Shown one piece after another: positions 58,216 to 64,000 of a stretch of 64,000 nucleotides of DNA. This DNA is from Candidatus Poribacteria bacterium (GTDB lineage Bacteria > Poribacteria > WGA-4E > WGA-3G), in contig OZ251518.1 in the NCBI GenBank assembly GCA_965242965.1, positions 3,840,001 through 3,904,000 on the forward strand, given 5' to 3'. The stretch's first letter is position 1. Each line of letters opens with the position of its first letter. The notes under the pieces were generated by a model. That model was not told the DNA's origin and made no database searches. It saw only the letters and a list, made by a program, of their open reading frames with translations. Made by a program: the position numbers and the translations under genes.

Positions 58216-60186
58216 TTAAATACTTAATGTTTCCACGTCGCGATTGCCAATCGTTAGCCCATAGAGTTCGCGAGTGACGATAATCGCTGTGAACATACTG
58301 GCGAGGATGCCGATGCCGAGCGTCACGGCGAACCCTTTAATCGGGCCTGTCCCGAATTGATAAAGGACGAGCGCGGTGAAGAGCGTCGTGAGGTTGGCAT
58401 CCAAAATCGTAATAAAGGCGCGTTGGTAGCCGCTCTCAATAGCCCGCCAGACACCGCCTGTGCTAGCAGTTCCGGAACGAAGTTCCTCGCGGATGCGCTC
58501 GAAAATAAGCACATTTGCGTCAACGGACATGCCGATAGTCAGCACCAACCCGGCGATACCGGGGAGCGTCAATGCCGCGCCGAAGCCTGCCAAGGCACCC
58601 AGAATAATCACCATATTCAATACGAGCGCGATGATGGCAATCGCCCCGGAGAGCCGGTAATAGATGAGCATAAAGATTACCACGCCGCCCATGCCGATGA
58701 GTGCCGCCAGAATGCCATCGTCAATAGATTCCTGTCCCAACGTCGGGCCTACCGTCCGTTCCTCGGCGATCTGGACACCGACAGGGAATGCGCCTGCCTT
58801 AAGGATGTTCGCCAGATAGTTTGCCTCCTCAAAAGAGAAATTTCCCTCAATGATGGCGTTGCCGAGAATCTGGTCATTGATAACCGGCGCGGATTGCACT
58901 TTGCCGTCAAGGAGAATCGCCAGATGCCTGCCGACGTTGTCGCCTGTAATTTGGGCAAACGTGCTTCTGCCGCTACCGTCAAAACTCATCGAGACGACGA
59001 TGTCAAAACTGGTTCTGCCAGTGGAGGGCCCCGCGTTAACGATGCTATCGCCGCTCAGCAGGACAGGACTTTGCAAAACATACCAGTCACCGGTTTCGTA
59101 GTGATAGCGGATTTCTGTCCCATCGGGGATAGTATCGGGGGGTGGTGTATTGCCGGAGCCGCGCCACAAATTCCCACCGTTCGGCGATTTTTCGACTAGT
59201 TTGAACGCCAGCCGTCCCATATCCTTGACAACCTCGAGCGGTTTGGAGGAATCCTTCGCGCCCGGCAGTTCAACGATGATTCTCGGTTTATTCGCCTCTT
59301 GCCGAATGGAGGGTTCCGAAACGCCGAATGCATCGACACGATTGCGCAGGACAATCAGCACCTGTTGAATCGCCTGGTCGCTGTATTTCTCGATGCCGCT
59401 TGCGCTGAGGCGCAGCTGATAGGTAGTCTGCGTATCGGTTGCGGCGAGCGTCTGCACGTTTTCAAAGAATTCAAGTTCGTTCAGAAGTCCCGCGGCTTTC
59501 TCCAGATACTTCTGTTTTTCGGCTGCGTCCGCGCGGAACCGCGAGGGGATGCCGACAAACACGTTAAGCGCGTCCTGTCCGTCTACTTGTAGGACCTCGC
59601 GACATAAAATTTCCTCGGTGCGGAGTCTATCGGGGATGGAGAGCCGGTTTTCTCGGAGGAGTTCCGATTTTGAAGTTTCCAGATCTACTTCCAGCACGAG
59701 ATGAACGCCGCCGCGCAAGTCCAGCCCAAGTTTCAGGCGGTTCGCCGGGATAACTTGGCGGAGGAGGATGGGGAGACTCCCATAGAGGTGCAGTTCTTCG
59801 AGGGTTGCCTGCGGGTTTTGAAGTGCCTTCTCCGAGGTGAGTTGCACGTAGAAGTCGCGCGCCTCCGTGGTATCAAATTGATAATCCGTGGTCTCCTCTA
59901 ATCCGAGTTTCCGGAGATGGACGCGGAAGACATCCTGCAGTTCTTGCGTCGCATCTTGGAAGTTTTTGCCTTCCGGATAGTCAACGTCCGCGAGGTTCAC
60001 CTTGAACGCGGTTTTTTCGTCTTCGACGTTTACCTCAAAACGCGGCAGGTTCTCCTGCATCCACAGCGGGAGATTGCCGTATAGGGGGTTGTAGAAACTA
60101 TCCGGCGTGGGGACGAGATAGAGCGCGGCGAGCAGCAACACCCCAAAGATGAAAACAATTTTCCAGATACTGAATCGGTACATCAA
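58216..60186 (-). CDS. secD: Protein translocase subunit SecD
   Basis: LKLGLDLRGG, RVDAFGVSEP, VGPTLG, LTLPGIAG, GMSVDANVLIFERIREE and GPIKGFAVTL. Confidence 0.97.
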   Translation of the reverse strand: MMYRFSIWKIVFIFGVLLLAALYLVPTPDSFYNPLYGNLPLWMQENLPRFEVNVEDEKTAFKVNLADVDYPEGKNFQDATQELQDVFRVHLRKLGLEETTDYQFDTTEARDFYVQLTSEKALQNPQATLEELHLYGSLPILLRQVIPANRLKLGLDLRGGVHLVLEVDLETSKSELLRENRLSIPDRLRTEEILCREVLQVDGQDALNVFVGIPSRFRADAAEKQKYLEKAAGLLNELEFFENVQTLAATDTQTTYQLRLSASGIEKYSDQAIQQVLIVLRNRVDAFGVSEPSIRQEANKPRIIVELPGAKDSSKPLEVVKDMGRLAFKLVEKSPNGGNLWRGSGNTPPPDTIPDGTEIRYHYETGDWYVLQSPVLLSGDSIVNAGPSTGRTSFDIVVSMSFDGSGRSTFAQITGDNVGRHLAILLDGKVQSAPVINDQILGNAIIEGNFSFEEANYLANILKAGAFPVGVQIAEERTVGPTLGQESIDDGILAALIGMGGVVIFMLIYYRLSGAIAIIALVLNMVIILGALAGFGAALTLPGIAGLVLTIGMSVDANVLIFERIREELRSGTASTGGVWRAIESGYQRAFITILDANLTTLFTALVLYQFGTGPIKGFAVTLGIGILASMFTAIIVTRELYGLTIGNRDVETLSI

Positions 60187-60272
60187 TTCTTCCTATTTTA
60201 TCGTCGCCTGTAAACGCGGTTTGCGCTCGCGCCTACGGGTTCGTTCAGTGTCATATTTATGAAATGAATAGG

Positions 60273-60345
60273 CGCGCCTGGGAGGAATCGAACCCCCGAC
60301 ACGAGGCTTAGGAAGCCTCTGCTCTGTCCGCTGAGCTACAGGCGC
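60273..60345 (-). tRNA. tRNA-Arg (anticodon CCT); CCA not encoded
   Basis: Minus strand: GCGCCTG-TAGCTCAGCGGACAGAGC-A-GAGGC-TTCCTAA-GCCTC...GGGGGTTCGATTCCTCC-CAGGCGC-G, a full cloverleaf. Confidence 0.95.
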
Positions 60346-60355
60346 ACAACAGCAA

Positions 60356-60871
60356 CTAACAATCGATGAGGGTGAAAATCTCGTAATCGTCGATTTTTTC
60401 TCGGCCTTCCAATTCGGCTATCTCTGCCAGCAGCGCGATGCCGACGAGTTCGCCTTCCAATTTTTCTATCAGTTCGACAGAAGCGGCGAGCGTGCCGCCT
60501 GTCGCAAGGACATCGTCACAGAGGAGCACCCGGCTCTGCTTCGGGAACGCATCTTGATGAATCGCGAGCGTATCCATGCCGTATTCCAGATCATAGGTAA
60601 CCTCATACGTCGCGTAAGGCAGTTTCCCACTCTTCCGAATAGGGACAAACGCTGTTTCCAAGCGATAAGCAAGCGCCGCACCGAGGATGAAGCCGCGCGC
60701 ATCAATGCCGACAATCACATCGATAGCCGTGGATTCATACTGCGCCGCGAATGCCTCAATCACGTCACGAAAAATGGCTTTGTCGCCTAAAAGCGGCGTA
60801 ATATCTCTGTAGAGGATGCCTGCATTGGGAAAATCGGGTAAATCCCGAATAAATCTCGAAAAGTCACGCAT
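60356..60871 (-). CDS. apt: Adenine phosphoribosyltransferase
   Basis: PDFP..GILYRDITPLL, DARGF, RKSGKLP, YDLEYG and DDVLATGGT. Confidence 0.96.
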   Translation of the reverse strand: MRDFSRFIRDLPDFPNAGILYRDITPLLGDKAIFRDVIEAFAAQYESTAIDVIVGIDARGFILGAALAYRLETAFVPIRKSGKLPYATYEVTYDLEYGMDTLAIHQDAFPKQSRVLLCDDVLATGGTLAASVELIEKLEGELVGIALLAEIAELEGREKIDDYEIFTLIDC

Positions 60872-60902
60872 TCTTCTACTCTCCTGTTGCGATAGATCCA
60901 AA

Positions 60903-61030
60903 ATCGAGACCAGGAGGTCTCTCCTACGGGTGTTTGTCGAGACCAGGAGGTCTCTCCTACTGCTCGTTTGGGTAGGAGGGACATCCTTGTCCCGATATGG
61001 TATTGCATCGAGACTAGGAGATCTCCTACT
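60903..61030. repeat. REP-like cluster
   Basis: TCGAGACCAGGAGGTCTCTCCTAC x2, GTAGGAGGGACATCCTTGTCCCGA and a degenerate copy just beyond the neighbour's stop codon. Confidence 0.88.
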
Positions 61031-62072
61031 GTCCGTTTGGATGCATCATGATTTTCATCCCTTTTCGGGATTCCATCGCTTCAAACGCCTTGTCGATTTC
61101 CACGAGTGGGAAGTGGTGCGTGATGAGCGGTTGCACTCGCACGAGCCCCTTTTCAAGGAGCCGCACTGCCAATTCGTGGTGCCGCGGCACGCAGCCGTGT
61201 GAACCTGTGAGGAAGCACTCCTTGTAGTGAATCGTGTTTGAAAGAATACTCATCGGGCGCGTCGTCTTCGGCAGGCCGCCAAAAAGGTTAACGTAGCCGC
61301 GGTGCGCCACCATCTCAACGGCTTGTTCGTGTGCTTCCACCGAGCCGCATGTCGTGACGACGATATCCGGGCCTTCGCCATCGGTTTCTTCACGGCATCG
61401 TTCCACCACGTCCTCTTCCTCGGATGCGATGTAGGTATCCGCTTCGTAGAACTTGGCGATTTCCATGCGCAGCCTGCTGCGTTGCACACCGATGACCTGG
61501 GTTGCGCCCATTATCCGCGCCAGATCTATCATCATACAGCCGATAGGACCGAGTCCGATGATGACAACTGTTTTCCCGAGGGACATATTCACCAATTCCA
61601 GTCCGTTAATGGCACAAGCGAGCGGTTCGGCGAGGGCGGCTTCATCGAAACTGAGCGCGCTGCTGAACGGCGTAACCGGTCCTTCTTCAAGCACGAGGCG
61701 CGGCAGTTTCATGTATTGTGCGAACGCGCCCGGAATTTGGTAACCGATGGCGTAGTTAATATCGCAGTTATTACCGAGGCCGTTTCTGCACCAGCGGCAC
61801 TGCCCACACGGCACATCGGCACCGATGGAAACCCGTTCTCCTTCTCGGACGCGCGTGACGTTTTTGCCTGTTTTGACAATGACACCGGCATTTTCGTGGC
61901 CGATAATCGTCGGCGGTGTGACGCGCGGATTTCCGTGGTGAAGGATGCGCACATCAGAGCCGCAGATGCTGACAGATTCAACGCGCATCAAGGCGGAGTC
62001 GTCGTCGATTTCAGGTTCGGGCACCTCTTGGACGGTTAACTTTTCGGGGCCTTCAAGTATCGCAGCTATCAT
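61026..62072 (-). CDS. Zn-dependent polyol/sugar dehydrogenase (L-iditol 2-dehydrogenase-like)
   Basis: ICGSD, IGHE, CGQCRWC...C, EPLACA and GLGPIG. Confidence 0.88.
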   Translation of the reverse strand: MIAAILEGPEKLTVQEVPEPEIDDDSALMRVESVSICGSDVRILHHGNPRVTPPTIIGHENAGVIVKTGKNVTRVREGERVSIGADVPCGQCRWCRNGLGNNCDINYAIGYQIPGAFAQYMKLPRLVLEEGPVTPFSSALSFDEAALAEPLACAINGLELVNMSLGKTVVIIGLGPIGCMMIDLARIMGATQVIGVQRSRLRMEIAKFYEADTYIASEEEDVVERCREETDGEGPDIVVTTCGSVEAHEQAVEMVAHRGYVNLFGGLPKTTRPMSILSNTIHYKECFLTGSHGCVPRHHELAVRLLEKGLVRVQPLITHHFPLVEIDKAFEAMESRKGMKIMMHPNGQ

Positions 62073-62119
62073 AGTGTTGTTCATTCCTCCCGGCACAGCG
62101 CGAAGGCCGTTACCTCGCC

Positions 62120-62215
62120 ACCGTAGGAGAGCCTTCCCGGTCTCGACGCACTTCCCCGGTAGGAGAGACCTCCTGGTCTCGATGCATTCCGGTAGCGCGC
62201 CCTCCCGGTCTCGAT
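62120..62215 (+). repeat. Three tandem REP-like units
   Basis: GTAGGAGAG.C.TCC.GGTCTCGA variants. Confidence 0.85.
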
Positions 62216-62219
62216 TTCT

Positions 62220-63329
62220 TTATTCAACGCCTTGCGCACAACGAATAAGCACCTTCGCGTAAAATTCCTGTTTATCTTTCATTGTCTGCAACATGTCTAT
62301 TCCATCGGCCAACGGCACTTTATGCGTAATCAACGGTGCCAGGGCGAGTTGCCCCGATGCCATCGCTTTTAGCACGGCGCGCCAATCGTCGTCGTTACCG
62401 GCGGTGCTGTAATCGGAGTTCCATGTGCCGAGGAGCGTCACTTCGCGCCGCATCAGTTGCGAGATGAGCGTCGCGGGCAAGGTGACATCTGCAATTGGGT
62501 TGCCGAGCAAGACGACGCTGCCGCCGTGCCGGACGCTGCCGAGTGCATCGCGATAGGTTTGCGGCACCCCCGCGGCTTCAATTGCGACGTGCGCGCCTTT
62601 TCCATCCGTGTGCGCGTTAACGATTTCTGTTGTTCTCAATCGCAAGCGGTTTTCGCTGGCATTCGCTTCTACCGCTGAGCTATTAAAGACGTGCTGAAAT
62701 CCGAGACGCTTCGCGAGTGCCAGTTTCTCCGCGACAATGTCAAAGAGCAGCACAGTTGTTGCACCCATGATGCGTGCCCAATGTGCAGCCATGAGTCCTA
62801 CCGGGCCCGCGCCAAAAATCGCGACAGTTTTTCCGACGAGCGATGTTCCGACGCGGCGAATCGCGTGTAGCGCGACAGCGGCGGGTTCTGTCATCGCCGC
62901 TTCTTCCAACGTGACACCTTCCGGTACGCGAATGAGGTTCTCTTTTGGTGCGACGACGAATTCAGCGAACGCGCCATCACGCCGCGAACCGAGGTAGTCA
63001 TAGTCGTGGCACTGCACATAGTTTCCCTGTTCGCATGCCGGGCATTTTCCGCACCAGAGCAGTGGAAAGACGACGACTGCATCACCGGGAGAAAAAGTGT
63101 CAACGCCTACGCTGCACTCTTCAACGGTGCCGGCGAATTCGTGTCCGCATACCGTTGGGAAGGTATAGGTGCCTTTGTCAAAGATGCGCGGCATATCGGA
63201 GCCGCACACGCCGCAAAACCCGACGCGGACGCGCACTTTTCCTTCGGTGAGCGGCGGTTTCGGTATCCGTTCGTGCCGTATATCGCCTATGCCGTGTAGC
63301 ACGAGTGCCGCCATCAATTCGGTTTGCAC
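62220..63329 (-). CDS. Zn-dependent galactitol-1-phosphate 5-dehydrogenase-like protein
   Basis: GVCGSDMPR, GHEFAG, CGKCPAC, YLGSRRDGAFAEF and GAGPVG. Confidence 0.88.
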   Translation of the reverse strand: MQTELMAALVLHGIGDIRHERIPKPPLTEGKVRVRVGFCGVCGSDMPRIFDKGTYTFPTVCGHEFAGTVEECSVGVDTFSPGDAVVVFPLLWCGKCPACEQGNYVQCHDYDYLGSRRDGAFAEFVVAPKENLIRVPEGVTLEEAAMTEPAAVALHAIRRVGTSLVGKTVAIFGAGPVGLMAAHWARIMGATTVLLFDIVAEKLALAKRLGFQHVFNSSAVEANASENRLRLRTTEIVNAHTDGKGAHVAIEAAGVPQTYRDALGSVRHGGSVVLLGNPIADVTLPATLISQLMRREVTLLGTWNSDYSTAGNDDDWRAVLKAMASGQLALAPLITHKVPLADGIDMLQTMKDKQEFYAKVLIRCAQGVE

Positions 63330-64000
63330 GCCGTCCTCCGTTGCGCAAGTCCCTTCTCCACCGCGGCCTGTATCCGTTTGATATTTTCGGCGTGCGTGCC
63401 CTCGGTATGAAAGACGCTGCTCGTTCCCCCGACGAGGATATCCGCGCCGGCGGCTACCATTTTCGGGATGTTTTCAAAACTGACGTTGCCGTCTACCTCA
63501 ATTGGGATGTCGCTTCCGTGCTCCGCCAAAAATGTGCGGCAATCCGCGATTTTCTTGAGCGTCGCCGGCACTAATGTCTGGCCTGCAAATCCGGGATTCA
63601 CCGTCATCACCAGCACAAAATCGAGTCTGTCAACGACATAGTCCAGAGCAGAGAGGGGTGTCGCCGGGTTGAGTGCGGCCCCTGCCTTGATGCCGCGCGC
63701 CTGAATGAGGGACAACGTCCTATCCAGATGCCTTGCCGATTCGACATGGACAGCGATTTGCTGCACGCCAATATCTGCGACTGCCTCCACGAAAAAATCG
63801 TTGTTTTCCACCATGAGGTGAATGTCAAACGCGCAGTCTGTCTTCTGACGTAATTGCGCGAGGAGTGCGAGCCCAATCGGCATATTCGGCACGAAGTGCG
63901 CGTCCATCAAGTCAAAGTGAAGCAGCGCGATGCCCGCGCTCTCCAGTCGTCGAATCTCGGTTTCAAGATTACACAAATCGGCGCACATCACCGAGGGCGC
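63314..64000 (-). CDS. rpe: Ribulose-phosphate 3-epimerase family (Rpe/AlsE); start lies outside the window
   Basis: APSVMCAD, HFDLMDAHFVPN, DIHLMV, MTVNPGFAGQ and IEVDG. Confidence 0.88.
   Translation of the reverse strand, partial: APSVMCADLCNLETEIRRLESAGIALLHFDLMDAHFVPNMPIGLALLAQLRQKTDCAFDIHLMVENNDFFVEAVADIGVQQIAVHVESARHLDRTLSLIQARGIKAGAALNPATPLSALDYVVDRLDFVLVMTVNPGFAGQTLVPATLKKIADCRTFLAEHGSDIPIEVDGNVSFENIPKMVAAGADILVGGTSSVFHTEGTHAENIKRIQAAVEKGLAQRRTACKPN

Noticed and set aside
60273-60345. tRNA-Arg as an integration site
   Set aside because: No duplicated tRNA 3' end, integrase or foreign genes nearby; it is flanked by apt and secD.

Overview
64 kb bacterial chromosomal window, most likely from Candidatus Poribacteria. 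This is inferred from three PhyH dioxygenases, a sulfatase with its radical-SAM maturase, a Uma2 nuclease and secreted LamG-type proteins ending in a 'VExxGKLxTxW' tail. Housekeeping genes are lpxK (partial), lpxB, argC, ppk2, miaA, mnmA, secD, secF, apt, tRNA-Arg(CCT), rpe (partial) and two Zn-dependent dehydrogenases. Accessory modules between them: (i) a defence island (type IIG/ISP-like R-M fusion, GHKL-ATPase/PD-(D/E)xK nuclease, solo ThsB-like TIR) bracketed by a duplicated promoter; (ii) an unclassified wHTH-PIN-P-loop ATPase trio; (iii) a DUF488-DUF488-(dual-OB+RecQ) operon; (iv) a RelE-type toxin-antitoxin pair; (v) two DNA methyltransferases; (vi) an ECF sigma locus with duplicated promoter-like and hairpin motifs; (vii) a DUF6884-like paralog pair. 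Intergenic DNA is saturated with several families of GTAG-headed palindromic (REP-like) units. The most striking observation is that these units also sit in frame inside proteins, both as fresh insertions and as eroded copies, one of which forms the linker of a domain fusion. No CRISPR array, integrase or transposase was seen. All family assignments come from reading motifs by eye, not from database searches.
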